From assembly GCA_963788925.1 (NCBI GenBank), contig CAWBIH010000002.1, positions 503,752-567,751 on the forward strand: 64,000 nucleotides of DNA, given 5' to 3'. The position numbers and the translations under genes were made by a program. The first letter of the stretch is position 1, and every line of letters begins with the position of its first letter. Shown here piece after piece: positions 19,845 through 31,030 of this stretch. The notes beneath the pieces were generated by a model. The model was not told the DNA's origin, made no database searches, and saw nothing but the letters and a program-made list of their open reading frames with translations. Origin of the DNA: an uncultured Actinomycetota bacterium. Lineage in GTDB: Bacteria; Actinomycetota; UBA4738; HRBIN12.

Positions 19845-21401
19845 GTGGAACAGCGCAGATCGACGCCTTCGCCCGCGACGGGCGAGCCGATCTTCCAGGC
19901 GATGCTCGACGCCGCCCCGGACGCCATGATCGGTGTGAATAGCGACGGCATCATCGTCATGGCGAACGCACAGACCGAGATCGTTTTTGGCTATCACCCC
20001 GACCAGCTGCTCGGTGAACCGATCGAGGTGTTGGTGCCGGACGATGTGAAGGACCTGCACCCGACCCATCGGTCGGAGTACTTCCGTGAGCCGAGGACGC
20101 GTCCGATGGGTGCGGGTCTCGCGTTGTCAGGCCGTCGTGCGGACGGCACCGAGTTCCCCGCGGAGATCAGCCTGAGCTCGATCCGAACGGATGACGGACC
20201 CGTCTCGCTCGCCGCGATCAGAGACATCACGGACCGTGTCGCGGCGGAGGACGAGACCCGCGAGGCCAGGGAAGAGGCGGATCGCGCGAACCAGGCGAAG
20301 AGTGATTTCCTCTCGCGCGTCAGTCACGAGCTCCGGACGCCGCTGAACTCGATCCTCGGATTCGCACAGCTGCTCGAGATGGAGAGGCTTCCGCAGGGAC
20401 AACATCGTTCGGTGCTGCAGATCCTGGAGGCCGGGGGACATCTGTTGGATCTCATCAACGAGATCCTCGAGATCGAGAAGATCGCCTCCGGCAGGATGAC
20501 GCTCTCGCTGGAGCCGGTCCATGTCGGGCTGGTCCTCGACGAGGCTCTGAAACTGGTTCGCCCCATCGCGGATCAGGACGGCGTCCACTTGATCGATCCC
20601 CCCCGATGAGTTCGAGATCTCCGTGCAGGCGGACCGCCAACGCCTGAAGCAAGTGCTCCTGAACCTGCTCTCCAACGCTGTCAAGTTCAATCGCGTCGGC
20701 GGGGATGTGCGTGTCTCCGGCCAGGTGACCTCGAAGGGGTCCTTCCGGGTCACCGTGACGGATACGGGCCGTGGGATCGCGCCCGAGATGATGGGGAACC
20801 TCTTCACCCCCTTCTCGCGACTTGGCGCCGAGCGCAGAGGGATCGAGGGGACCGGATTGGGTCTGTCTCTCTCGAAGAGCCTCGTGGAGACGATGTCGGG
20901 TTCGATCGAGGCGGAGAGCGTTCTCGGCGAAGGGAGCTCGTTCCGGATCGAGCTCCCGATCGCCGAGAGCGCGGAGGTCGAATCCGACAGACACCAAGCG
21001 CCGCGCCGCCGGACACGGGCGACGTCGGATCCAAGACCATCCTGTACATCGAGGACAACCTCGCCAACCTTCAGCTCGTCGAGGGGATCCTCGCCTATCG
21101 GCCGGAGGTCGTCGTGCTGTCCGCGATGCAGGGGAGCATCGGGATGGAGCTCGCGCGCCGGCATCAGCCGGATCTGATCCTCCTCGACCTCCACCTCCCG
21201 GACATGTCGGGTGAAGAGGTGTTCGAACGTCTGAAGGCGGACAAGGCGACGAGCGCGATCCCGATCGTGATCGTCAGCGCCGACGCCAGCGCGGAAACAC
21301 TCGGTCGTCTCCAGCAAGCGGGCGCGAGCTCGTTCATCACGAAGCCTCTGAACGTCGGGCACTTCCTGGAGACGATCGACGGGATGCTCGGTCAGGCTTG
21401 A
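19845..21401 (+). CDS. hybrid sensor histidine kinase (PAS - HisKA - HATPase_c - REC), interrupted by two frame changes
   Basis: PAS region, H-box SHELRTPLNSI, N/G boxes (LLNLLSNAVKFN, DTGRGI, GTGLGLSL), then a receiver domain (ILYIEDN...LLDLHLPDMSG...KP). Frame breaks at the C7 run 20598-20604 and in the GC-rich linker near 20960-21010. Confidence 0.65.
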
Positions 21402-21457
21402 TCGACACGTAGGGCGTCTCGCACGGATTCGATGAACCTGGTCGCGAACGGGGACGA

Positions 21458-21808
21458 GTGCTGGTCGAGCCACACGAGTCCGTATTCCACGACGGGGACC
21501 GGGTCCTCGACCCTCCGATGTGCGAGGCCGGGGATCCTCAGGGCTGCTTCAGCCCCCAAGCTCGCTGGTTGGACTTCGTGGTCTCCGAGCTCGAGGGTCG
21601 GGGACACACGCCGCTGGGAAAGTTGATCGGTTTCTGGGAGGTGATGGGCGAGTGGGCAGAGGGAGAGCAGTTCCGCGGCTGCCCGTATCTCAACACCCTG
21701 GTGGAGATCCGCGATCCGGATCACCCCGCCTATTCGGAGGTCAGCTCGTACATCGACGAGGTCGGAGACGTATCTGTCACGCACCGCTCTCGAAGCCGGG
21801 ATCCATGA
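21458..21808 (+). pseudogene. TetR-family regulator C-terminal-domain remnant (no HTH present)
   Basis: 116-aa ORF with TetR C-domain-like residues (FRGCPYLNTLVEIRDPDHP). There is no room for the N-terminal HTH between the receiver domain and this ORF. A LysR-like fragment reads on the opposite strand. Status uncertain. Confidence 0.3.
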
Positions 21809-22009
21809 TGGGCCTGCGGTGGGACGGCAATTGCGCGTCCTGGCCATGGGACGTGGCTCGCGATCGTGTTCGAGGCCTCAACCCGTCCCGTGGTGACAGC
21901 CCGCGCCATGGCCGTGGCGCTTCTCGCCGCCCGGCTGGAGACCACACCGGACGATGTCGAGCGCAGGGCCTTCGGGCGCTAGATCCTCCGCGTGTAGGAT
22001 TGAGGTTCG

Positions 22010-22083
22010 GCGCCCTTAGCTCAGTGGATCAGAGCGGCTGGCTACGGACCAGCAGGTCGGGGGTTCGAGTCCCTCAGGGCGCG
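22010..22083 (+). tRNA. tRNA-Arg (anticodon ACG)
   Basis: 74-nt cloverleaf. Acceptor GCGCCCT/AGGGCGC, D-stem GCTC/GAGC, anticodon stem GCTGG/CCAGC with loop CUACGGA, T-arm GGGGG-TTCGAGT-CCCTC. Confidence 0.8.
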
Positions 22084-22489
22084 CTTCCGAAGACAGGATC
22101 GTGAAGGATCGCTTCTAGTCGCGACTGAGTGCGTGTCGGTACGCAGGCGGCGCGTGGAGCCAGCAGACGGGAGAAGCGTTGTACGTGGAAAGGATCGTCT
22201 CGCATCCGATCTGTTCGCACATCCGTCCTCGAGCGGGACGGTCTGCCGCCTTCTTCCCGCGATCGGGCGGTCCGAACACTCGATCCTTGCGACTGACGCC
22301 CTCCACTCGGCCTCCCTGTTTCGTCGTGGATCATCGGATCCGAGGGGGCAGGGCGGGCGGGTGGTCTGCCGATGCCTCCGGTCGGTTGCCCGACGCGGCG
22401 GAGTTTCGATCGCTCGGGACCTCAACGATAGCACGGCGGCTCGACGGCCCGCTCGGTCGAGGAGCTGTGCACGCCCTGGAGAACCTCTG

Positions 22490-25400
22490 GTGAGCGCCGC
22501 CCCTCCGGTCGCGGCGGCCGCGTTCGCGCCGCTCGGTCTCCTCGAGCACAGGAGCGGTCGAGCGGTCGTCGGACGACCCACCGAGCTCGTCGCGATCGAG
22601 GACGGCATCGCCGGCGCCGAAGGAGGACGCCTGACGGCGGTGTCGGTCGAGGGCGAGCCGGGGATCGGGAAGACGCGTCTTCTCCTGGCGGCTCGGGAGA
22701 TCGCGGTCGCCCGCGGGTTCCTCACCGTGGCGGTGGGGGCCGACGAGGAGCTTCGTGGCCCCTTCCTGCTGGCACGATCGATCGTCGGTGCTCCCGAAGT
22801 GGCCGAGGCGGTCGCCGGCACCGCCTCGGAGCCGGCGATCGTCGCGGCCACCCAGGCGCTGGGTGGCCGCGACGACCCAGCGTTCGCCGGGCTGTCCTCG
22901 GACCAACGGCTCCTCCGTTCGTTCGACCTCGCGACGATGGCGGTCCGGGCGCTCACCAGCGAGCGGCCGCTCGCGCTGCTGATCGACGACATGCAATGGT
23001 CGGACGAGGACAGCCTCCGTCTCCTCCGCTACGTCATCCGGACGGAAGGCGCGAGCCCGATCTTCCTGATGTTCTCGATCCGCCCCGAGGAGGTCGCCAC
23101 GCTCACCGAGGCGGTCACGCTGCTCGCCGACATGGAGCGGATGCGCGTGATCCGGAGGCTGAAGCTCGCGCGCTTCTCGGTGCTCGAGACGTCGGAGTTC
23201 CTCCGCCAGGTGCTCGGCGGGCAGGTCGATGCCTCGACGGCTTCGACGATCCACGGCCAGGCGGAAGGTGTTCCCTTCATCGTGGAGGAGATCGGCCGGG
23301 CCTACCGCGAGGCGGGGATGCTGCAACAGATCGCGGATACCTGGACGTTGACGCGCAACGCCGAACGACTGGCGCCTTCTGCCGTGCGCACGTTGATCCA
23401 GCGCCGGGCGGCCCATCTTCCGATCGAGACCAAGACGGCGCTCGCCGAGGCAGCGCTCCTCGGTCGCCATTTCAGCTTGAAGGACCTTCGGGAGTTGCGG
23501 ATCCGGATCGGGGAGGGTGGGCAGGAGGACGATCTGGTCGCGCTCGGCGACCTGATGGCGCCCGCCGCCGCGGCGGGGCTGCTCGTGGAGCAGCCCGAGG
23601 CCGCGCCGGCGGACTACAGCTTCCCCCACGAGCAGGTCCGCGAGTTCGCGGCAGACACGCTGGCGCCGGCTCGCCGGCGCGAGATCCACGGGGCGATCGT
23701 CCAGCTTCTCCTGACCGGCGAGCCGGTGCCGGAGACGCTGCCGCTCCTCGCACACCACGCGCGCGCGGCCGGTGACGCGGAGGTGTGCGTTCGTTTCTCG
23801 ACCGAGGCGGCGTCCGCCGCACTCGCCGCCCACGCACCCGAGGAGGTCTTACGGGTCGTCGAGGTCGCGTTGCCGCAGGCGGCGACGCCGCAGGAGCGGC
23901 TCGGCCTGCTGACCGCGCGGGACGACGCCCTCGCGATGCTCAGGCGACCCGGCGATCGCTTGGAAGGACTCTCGGAGCTGGCCGCCCTGGCCGAGGCGCT
24001 CGGCGACCCTCACCTGGACCTGGATGTCACGCTCCGCCGCGCGGCCGCGCTTCGGCTCTCCCAGCAGGAGGACCGCGCGGCGGAGCTCGCGACCCGCGTG
24101 CGCGCGCTCGCGGTCGAGCGAGGCGATCGGGCCGCCGAGCTCGCCGCGTGCCTCGAGCTCGGCCAAGCGCTCCTCCACGCCGGGCTCGGCGAGGGGTTCA
24201 CCCCGTCGGCGGCAGAGCACGACCTCGACGCCGCCGAGGAGACCTACCTCCGAGCGGCCGCGCTCGCCGAGGAGCTCGGTGACACCTCGATGCTGGCCGC
24301 CTCGACCCGTGAGCTGGGTGTGATCGATCTGGGTCGGATCCGCGAGTGGTTCGTGGATCGGCTCGCGCTGGGGGAGCACATCCCTGTCATGACGCGGGTT
24401 GCGGCCGGCGAGTCTCTGGAGGCCATCATGGAAGACCTGCCGATCGCGCCCTGGGTGCGATCGTCAGGCGAGCGCCTCCATCGGTCGCTCGAGCTCTACG
24501 AAGAGCTCGGCGACCGGCAGGGGACGATGGCCTCGATCATCGCGATGGCCTATCTGAGCTGGGCGCCCGACATCCACATCGGCTCCGACTCGGCCCGCCA
24601 CATCGAAGAGATCCGGCGGCTCGCCTCGCAGCTCTCCTCGTTCACGAGCGAAAGCCAGCGGGCCTTCGCCGAGGTGCAGATGCTCTATGGCGTGCACGTA
24701 TTCGCCCGGGCGAAGGTCATCCCCGATCTGGCCCTCTCGCGCGGGGCAGAGGCGTATGAGCGGGCTCACTCGCTCGGCGACCGGCAGCTCGAGTTCCTCT
24801 CCGCCGGCGGGACCGCGCTCTCCTACGTGCAGCTCGGCGATCCGGACGAGGCGGCGACGTGGCTCGATCGGGCAGCGGCCGTGGCCGCGGAGAGCCCGAC
24901 TCCGTTCCGAGCGCGGCAGCTGGAGCAATGGCGTGGACTGTTGCACGCCGCTCGAGGAGACGTCGGCGGGATGCGTGAGCACCTCGAGCGTGCGGTGCGG
25001 ATGGCCGCCGAGCAGGCCCTGCCCGCGGTCCGCTGCGAGGTGCTCGCCGCGCTCGCCCTGGCATCGGCGACCCTCGGCAGGGAACAGAAGGACGACGAGT
25101 TGCTCGCGCTGGCCGAACGCTCTGCCAAAGAGGCGAAGGAACTGCTCGGGCTGCTTCCCGGACACGCCCCCTGGGGAGCCAAGGCCGACGCGGCGCTCGC
25201 GACGGTCGCCCTCGCGCGGGAGGAACCCGAACGTGCCGTCGAAGTCCGCCCGCGCGGCGGTGGAGGCGCTCACCGCCGCGCGGCACGAAGACCTGGACCT
25301 CGAGGTGCTCCTGCCCGTCACCGCGGCCATCACATCGGGAGGCACCGACGAGGAGCGGACGAGCATCCTGTCCTATCTGCAGCTCCAGACGGCCGTGATC

Positions 25401-25715
25401 GCGAACCGGATCGTCGACGAAGGCATACGCACTCGATGGTTCCGGGGCCCTGTCGGAAGCGCACTCGCGAGCCTCGCCTCGGATCCAGACGTACTGACGC
25501 GACACGCGCAGGATGGATCCGTCGAAGGGCTCGACGACGAGGACGCGAAGCTCCTCAAGCTCGTCGTCGAGGGGCTCTCGAACGAGGAGATCGCCGACCG
25601 TCTCGACGTCGAAACCGGCGAGGTGGCGCGTCGCCTCGCGTCGACGTACGCGAAGATCGGTGCCTCCTCACGCGCCGACGCCACCGCGTTCGCCTTCCAG
25701 TCGAGGATGCTGTGA
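22490..25715 (+). CDS. LuxR-family transcriptional regulator with N-terminal AAA ATPase (LAL / STAND type), one frame change near 25246
   Basis: Walker A GEPGIGKTRLL about 35 aa after the chosen GTG start, a long helical/TPR-like middle, and a C-terminal LuxR HTH (LLKLVVEGLSNEEIADRLDVETGEVARRLASTYAKIG) in the +1 frame after about 25246. The ORF-track N-terminal extension 22133-22489 is rejected. Confidence 0.75.
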
Positions 25716-25729
25716 CGGAGGGCGCCTAG

Positions 25730-26461
25730 ATGCTTCGAGCGAGGGTCGATCGGCCCCGGTGCATCGGCGCAGGCAACTGCATCACGATCGCCCCGACGGC
25801 GTTCGACTGGCATCGCGGCGACTTCGGGAAGGCGGCCGTCGTCGACGCGGCGAGCGTCGACGAGGAGAAGCTCCGGGAAGCCGCGCTCGCCTGTCCGACG
25901 CAGGCGGTCATCCTCGAGGAGGTCGCGGAGCTGCTCCCGTGGCAGCTCCGCGGCCGCTCGCCCACACAGCGTGTCCAACGAACCTTCATGTTCACCGACA
26001 TCGCCGGGTCCACGAACCTCCTCGAGGCGATGGGAGACGAGGCGTGGAATTCGCTCCTGTCCTGGCACGACAAGACCTTGCGCTCGTTGTTCGGCGCGAA
26101 CCGAGGCGAGGAAGTGGTGGCGACGGGCGACGGATTCTTCGTCGCGTTCGAGTCGCCCGACGACGCCCTCGCGTGTGCGGCTGCGATCCAGCGGGATCTC
26201 GCCGCGCACCGCGCGGCCGCCGGGTTCGCGCCTCAGGTGCGGATCGGGGTGCACGCATCGGACGCGACGATGGTCGGCCGGAACTTCACGGGGAAGGGCG
26301 TGCATGAGGCCGCCCGGATCGGAGCCCTCGCCGAAGGCGGGCAGATCGTCGCGAGCGCCGGAACGGCCGCCGGTGGGCAGTTCCCGACGCGGGATGCGCG
26401 GACGGTGACGGTCAAGGGCATCTCCGATCCGATCGAGGTCGTCACCGTCGACTGGCAGTAG
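25730..26461 (+). CDS. fusion of a single-cluster [3Fe-4S]-type ferredoxin domain and a class III adenylyl/guanylyl cyclase catalytic domain
   Basis: N-terminal 60 aa has the Cys pattern C-x5-C...C-P (CIGAGNCITIAP...ACPTQAV) of small actinobacterial ferredoxins. Residues about 80-240 have class III cyclase motifs (FMFTDIAGST, VATGDGFFVAF, RIGVHASDA, GKGVHEAARI). ATG sits 14 nt after the LAL stop with an RBS GACGGAGGG. Confidence 0.75.
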   Translation: MLRARVDRPRCIGAGNCITIAPTAFDWHRGDFGKAAVVDAASVDEEKLREAALACPTQAVILEEVAELLPWQLRGRSPTQRVQRTFMFTDIAGSTNLLEAMGDEAWNSLLSWHDKTLRSLFGANRGEEVVATGDGFFVAFESPDDALACAAAIQRDLAAHRAAAGFAPQVRIGVHASDATMVGRNFTGKGVHEAARIGALAEGGQIVASAGTAAGGQFPTRDARTVTVKGISDPIEVVTVDWQ

Positions 26462-26515
26462 TCGCCGACCCACCCCCCCGGAGGCGTCCCCGCAGCCTCC
26501 TATGCTGCGGGGATC

Positions 26516-27814
26516 GTGAGCGGATCACCCTCCTCCTTCCGCGAGCGCGTGGCGATCCTCAAGCCGCTCGCGGTCCGCGACTTCGCGTTCCTGTGGACCG
26601 GGATGACGGTTTCGATGATCGGGGACGGGATCTACCTCGTCTCGATCGCCTGGCAGGTCCTCTCGATCGAGAACCGGCCGGGCGCGCTGGCCCTGGTAGG
26701 CATCGCGTGGTCGCTGCCTCAGGTCGTCCTCGTGATCGCGAGCGGGGCATTGTCCGACCGGCTCGAGCGGCGGCACCTGATGATCGCGGGCGACGCGATC
26801 CGTTTCGTCGCGATCGGGACGCTGGGTTTCCTCTCCGTCACGGATCAACTGCACTCGATCCCGATCATCCTCGGGCTGGTCACGGTGTACGGCGCCGGGC
26901 AGGCCGTCTTCCAGCCCGCGTTCTCGTCGATCACACCTGCGATCGTGCCCGCGGATCTGCTCGTGCAGGCCAACTCCCTCGCGCAGCTCGTCAGACCGTT
27001 CGCGATGACGCTCGTCGGTCCACTCGTGGGTGGCGTGTTGATCGCCTGGGTGAGCGTCGGGTTCGCGTTCCTCGTCGACGCTTCCACGTTCGCGTTCTCA
27101 GCGGTGATGATCCTTTCGATGCGGACGCGGCGGACGCCGAGGGACGCGCAGGAGGAGCAGGCATCGTTCTTCGGGGACGTGGTGGAGGGCTTGCGCTACG
27201 TGCGACAGCAGCGATGGCTCTTGATCGCGATGGTCGGGGCGACCGTGAGCCTGCTGGCGGTCTGGGGACCCTGGGAGACCCTCGTTCCCATCGTGGTCAA
27301 GAACGACCTGGGCGGGGAATCGTCATCGCTCGGCCTCGTCTTCGGGGCCGGCGGCGTCGGCGCGGTGATCGCGGCCGCCGTGTTCGGCCAACGAGGAAGC
27401 CTTCCGCGCAAGCCCGTCACCGCGATGTACCTCGCCTGGGCGCTCGGGATGTTCGGGACGGCCGGCTTCGGGTTCGTCACCGCTGTCTGGCAGGCGATGG
27501 CGGTCGCGTTCGTCACCGAGGGGTCGATCACCTATCTCGTCGTCGTCTGGGTGACCCTGGTGCAACGGCTCGTCCCCGACCGGCTCCTCGGACGGGTCTT
27601 CGCGCTCGATTGGATGATCTCGACGATGGGTGTGCCCCTCTCGTTCGCCATCACCGGGCCCACCGCCGAGGCGATCGGCCACGACGCGACGCTGATCTGG
27701 GCGGGCGCCCTCGGCGGGACCATCACCATCGCGTTCATGTTCGTCCAAGGCGCTCGAGGGCCGGAGCGGGACGGCTCCCTCGCGAGGGCGGAGCCATCAG
27801 CCGAGGCTGCGTAG
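26516..27814 (+). CDS. MFS transporter
   Basis: 432 aa with about 12 predicted hydrophobic helices. MFS signature-like region (GALSDRLERRHLM). Confidence 0.8.
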   Translation: MSGSPSSFRERVAILKPLAVRDFAFLWTGMTVSMIGDGIYLVSIAWQVLSIENRPGALALVGIAWSLPQVVLVIASGALSDRLERRHLMIAGDAIRFVAIGTLGFLSVTDQLHSIPIILGLVTVYGAGQAVFQPAFSSITPAIVPADLLVQANSLAQLVRPFAMTLVGPLVGGVLIAWVSVGFAFLVDASTFAFSAVMILSMRTRRTPRDAQEEQASFFGDVVEGLRYVRQQRWLLIAMVGATVSLLAVWGPWETLVPIVVKNDLGGESSSLGLVFGAGGVGAVIAAAVFGQRGSLPRKPVTAMYLAWALGMFGTAGFGFVTAVWQAMAVAFVTEGSITYLVVVWVTLVQRLVPDRLLGRVFALDWMISTMGVPLSFAITGPTAEAIGHDATLIWAGALGGTITIAFMFVQGARGPERDGSLARAEPSAEAA

Positions 27815-27823
27815 ACTCCCACC

Positions 27824-28795
27824 GTGGAGTACACGCACGTCGGCCGGCTCGGCCTGGTGGTCTCACGGCTCTGTCTCGGCACGATGAACTTCGGCCCCCA
27901 TACGCCCGAGGACGAATCACACCGCATCATGGATGCGGCGATCGCCGAGGGGATCAACTTCTTCGACACGGCCAACGTGTACGGCCGCCATCTCGGCGTG
28001 GGCTCGACCGAGCGGATCATCGGTGACTGGTTCGAGAAGGGCGGCGGACGGCGGGAGAAGGTCGTCCTCGCCACCAAGGTCTACGGGCAGATGGCGGAGT
28101 GGCCGAACGAGTCGCGCCTGTCGAAGCTCGCGATCCGCCGCGCGTGCGAGGGCTCGCTGAAGCGTCTGCAGACGGATTACATCGACGTCTATCAGATGCA
28201 CCACATCGACCGGAACGCGTGGTGGAACGAGATCTGGGAGGCGATGGACCAGCTGAAGAGCGAGGGCAAGATCCTCTACGTGGGATCGTCGAACTTCGCC
28301 GGCTGGCACATCGCGCGGGCGAACGAGATCGCCAGCAAGTGGCACACGGTGGGCCTCGCCACGGAGCAGTCCCTGTACAACCTGACCGAGCGCACGCTCG
28401 AGCTCGAGGTGATCCCTGCGGTCCAGGAGTACGGGATGGGCCTGATCGCCTGGAGCCCGCTCGCCGGCGGCTTGCTGGCGGGAGCGCTCAAGAAGGTCGA
28501 CGAGGGTCGTCGCTCCTCCGAATACCTGCAGGACGAGATCGACAAGGACCGCGACCGGCTGGAGCGCTACGAGAAGGTGTGCGCCGACCTGGGCGCGAGG
28601 CCGGCGGATGTCGCGCTCGCGTGGCTCCTGCACCAGCCGGCGGTGACGGCCCCGATCATCGGGCCCAGGACCGAGGAGCAGCTCGAGGGCTCGTTCCGGG
28701 CGCTCGAGGTCCGCCTGGACGAAGACGTCTTGCGCAAGCTGGACGAGATCTTCCCCGGCCCCGGTGGACCGGCGCCCGAAGCGTACGCCTGGTAG
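27824..28795 (+). CDS. aldo/keto reductase
   Basis: AKR motifs (LGTMNFG, FFDTANVYG, catalytic YIDVYQMH, IGPRTEEQL). GTG start. Confidence 0.85.
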   Translation: MEYTHVGRLGLVVSRLCLGTMNFGPHTPEDESHRIMDAAIAEGINFFDTANVYGRHLGVGSTERIIGDWFEKGGGRREKVVLATKVYGQMAEWPNESRLSKLAIRRACEGSLKRLQTDYIDVYQMHHIDRNAWWNEIWEAMDQLKSEGKILYVGSSNFAGWHIARANEIASKWHTVGLATEQSLYNLTERTLELEVIPAVQEYGMGLIAWSPLAGGLLAGALKKVDEGRRSSEYLQDEIDKDRDRLERYEKVCADLGARPADVALAWLLHQPAVTAPIIGPRTEEQLEGSFRALEVRLDEDVLRKLDEIFPGPGGPAPEAYAW

Positions 28796-29554
28796 CTAGG
28801 CGCCGAGGGCACGCTCGATCTCCTTCGCGGCCTCGACGACGGCGGGCGCGTAGCGCTTCGCCGAGATCCGCCCCACCCGCTGCTCGGGCCCCGACAGGGA
28901 AACGACCGCCAGCAGCGCCCCGTACGGTTCACGGACGGGCGCGCTGATCGATCCCACACCCGGTTCTCGCTCGCCAGCGCTCGACGCCCAACCCAGCCGC
29001 CGAGCCGTCGCGAGTTGACGCTCCAGGCGTTCACCCACCGGTGTCGCGGAGGTGAACCGGTCGGCGGTCGCGAGGAGCTCCGCGGTGAGCGGCGGAGGGC
29101 CGAACGCGAGGAACACCTTGCCCGCCGACCCCGCCGTGAGCGGCAGTTCGGCGCCGATCTCGACGATCGTCCGGAGCTCGCTTCGCGACTCCGCAACCGC
29201 GATACACACTCGCTTGTGGTGGTCGCGAACGAAGAGCTGCGCACTCTCTCCGGTCGCTCGCGCCAGGCGCTCGAGGACGGGCTGTGCGAGGTCTCGAAGC
29301 GGCAGCTCACGCATCGCCGTCGCCGCGAGGCCGAGAAGCCTCGGTCCCAGTCGGTAGCCCTGTCCGCCGATGTACGACACGAGACCGTGCGCTTCCATCG
29401 CCTTGAGCAACCGGTGAGCCGTCGGACGGGCGAGCCCCGTGAGACGAGCCACTTCCGTGTGACTGCGCGCTCCGCCTTCGACCACCGCCAGGATGGCCAT
29501 GGCTCGATCGAGCACGCCCACTGGCGTCCTTGGGAGCTCCGCTGGTAGGGTCAT
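28796..29554 (-). CDS. IclR-family transcriptional regulator (LtbR/LeuR-like by context)
   Basis: HTH (SHTEVARLTGLARPTAHRLLKAM) followed by an IclR effector domain. Divergent from leuCD. The ORF-track upstream 135 aa is rejected; ATG at 29554-29552. Confidence 0.8.
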   Translation of the reverse strand: MTLPAELPRTPVGVLDRAMAILAVVEGGARSHTEVARLTGLARPTAHRLLKAMEAHGLVSYIGGQGYRLGPRLLGLAATAMRELPLRDLAQPVLERLARATGESAQLFVRDHHKRVCIAVAESRSELRTIVEIGAELPLTAGSAGKVFLAFGPPPLTAELLATADRFTSATPVGERLERQLATARRLGWASSAGEREPGVGSISAPVREPYGALLAVVSLSGPEQRVGRISAKRYAPAVVEAAKEIERALGA

Positions 29555-29614
29555 GTCCAGATAATGGTACTGACGTCCACATAGTGGAACAAGCCCGAGG
29601 AGCAGCCGCCGGAC

Positions 29615-31030
29615 ATGTCCTCCGCACAGACGCTCGCCGAGCCGAAGACCTTGGCCGAAAAGGTCTGGGAACGCCACGTGGTGCATCGAGCGGCCGGCGA
29701 GCCGGACCTCCTCTACGTCGATCTCCATCTCGTCCATGAGGTGACCAGCCCGCAGGCGTTCGAAGCCCTCCGGCTCGCCGGCCGCGGCGTGCGTCGCCCC
29801 GACCTCACGGTCGCGACGATGGACCACAACGTCCCCACGACCGAAGGTCCCGTGACCGACGTGACGAGCGCGCGGCAGATGGATGCCCTCGCGAAGAACG
29901 CGAAGGAATTCGGCATCACGATCTACCCATGGGGATCGGCGGGCCAGGGCATCGTCCACGTGATCGGCCCGGAGATGGGTTACACGCAGCCGGGGCTCAC
30001 CATCGTCTGCGGCGATTCACACACCTCCACCCACGGTGCGTTCGGCGCGCTCGCGTTCGGGATCGGCACCAGCGAGGTCGAACACGTCCTCGCGACCCAG
30101 ACGCTCCCGCAGCAGGCGGCCAAGACGATGGCGATCACCGTGGAGGGCGATCTCCCGGCAGGGTGCAGCGCGAAGGACGTGATCCTGGGGATCATCAATC
30201 GCATCGGGACGGGCGGCGGCGTCGGGTACGTCCTCGAGTACCGAGGGTCCGCGATCCGCGCGCTGTCGATGGAAGGACGCATGACGATCTGCAACATGTC
30301 GATCGAGGCCGGCGCCCGGGCGGGGATGGTGGGCCCCGACGACACGACGTTCGCCTACCTCGAAGGGCGGCCGCACGCGCCCGCCGGCCCCGACTGGGAG
30401 CGCGCGCTCGATGACTGGCGCTCCCTGCCCTCCGACAACGGGGCGACCTTCGACGCCGAGATCACGATCGATGCCGCGGCGCTCCGGCCGTACGTCTCCT
30501 GGGGAACGAACCCGGCCCAGTCGGTCACGATCGACGACGTGGTGCCCGAGCCGGACTCGTTCGATGACGATGCCAAGGGCGAGGCCGCGCGCCGTGCGCT
30601 CTCGTACATGGCGCTCGAGCCCGGCACCCGGATCCGGGACATCCGGCCGGACACGATCTTCATCGGCTCGTGCACGAACTCGAGGATCGAGGATCTTCGC
30701 GTCGCCGCCGCGATCGTCGACGGTCGCAAGGTGGCCGAGGGGCTCCGGGCGCTGGTCGTTCCCGGTTCCGTCGCGGTGAAGCTGAAGGCGGAGCAAGAGG
30801 GTCTCGACCGCGTCTTCGTCGAGGCCGGCTTCGACTGGCGTGGCGCGGGCTGCTCGATGTGCCTCGGGATGAATCCCGACATCCTGCAGCCCGGCGAACG
30901 CAGCGCCTCGACCTCGAACCGGAACTTCGAGGGTCGCCAGGGCAAGGGTGGCCGAACGCACCTGGTGTCCCCGGCGGTGGCCGCCGCGACGGCGATCGCC
31001 GGCCGCTTCACGACTCCCGAGGATCTCTAG
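29615..31030 (+). CDS. leuC: 3-isopropylmalate dehydratase large subunit
   Basis: 471 aa aconitase-family protein with the Fe-S ligand cysteines ([15 protein letters not shown]). Confidence 0.9.
   Translation: MSSAQTLAEPKTLAEKVWERHVVHRAAGEPDLLYVDLHLVHEVTSPQAFEALRLAGRGVRRPDLTVATMDHNVPTTEGPVTDVTSARQMDALAKNAKEFGITIYPWGSAGQGIVHVIGPEMGYTQPGLTIVCGDSHTSTHGAFGALAFGIGTSEVEHVLATQTLPQQAAKTMAITVEGDLPAGCSAKDVILGIINRIGTGGGVGYVLEYRGSAIRALSMEGRMTICNMSIEAGARAGMVGPDDTTFAYLEGRPHAPAGPDWERALDDWRSLPSDNGATFDAEITIDAAALRPYVSWGTNPAQSVTIDDVVPEPDSFDDDAKGEAARRALSYMALEPGTRIRDIRPDTIFIGSCTNSRIEDLRVAAAIVDGRKVAEGLRALVVPGSVAVKLKAEQEGLDRVFVEAGFDWRGAGCSMCLGMNPDILQPGERSASTSNRNFEGRQGKGGRTHLVSPAVAAATAIAGRFTTPEDL

Noticed and set aside
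20127-21473. 448-aa minus-strand ORF opposite the hybrid histidine kinase
   Set aside because: Antisense to clear HisKA/HATPase/REC motifs. Arg/Asp-rich with no domain.
21392-21847. LysR-substrate-domain-like 151-aa ORF on the minus strand
   Set aside because: A full LysR would need about 900 nt and would run through tRNA-Arg. It overlaps a TetR-like fragment on the other strand. Both are treated as remnants, and only the more motif-rich TetR fragment is listed, at low confidence.
22133-22489. N-terminal 119-aa extension of the LAL regulator ORF (and the overlapping minus-strand ORFs 22042-22992 and 22331-23833)
   Set aside because: No domain content. The Walker A lies about 35 aa after the GTG at 22490, which is the normal LAL spacing. 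The upstream stretch is better read as promoter/leader following tRNA-Arg.
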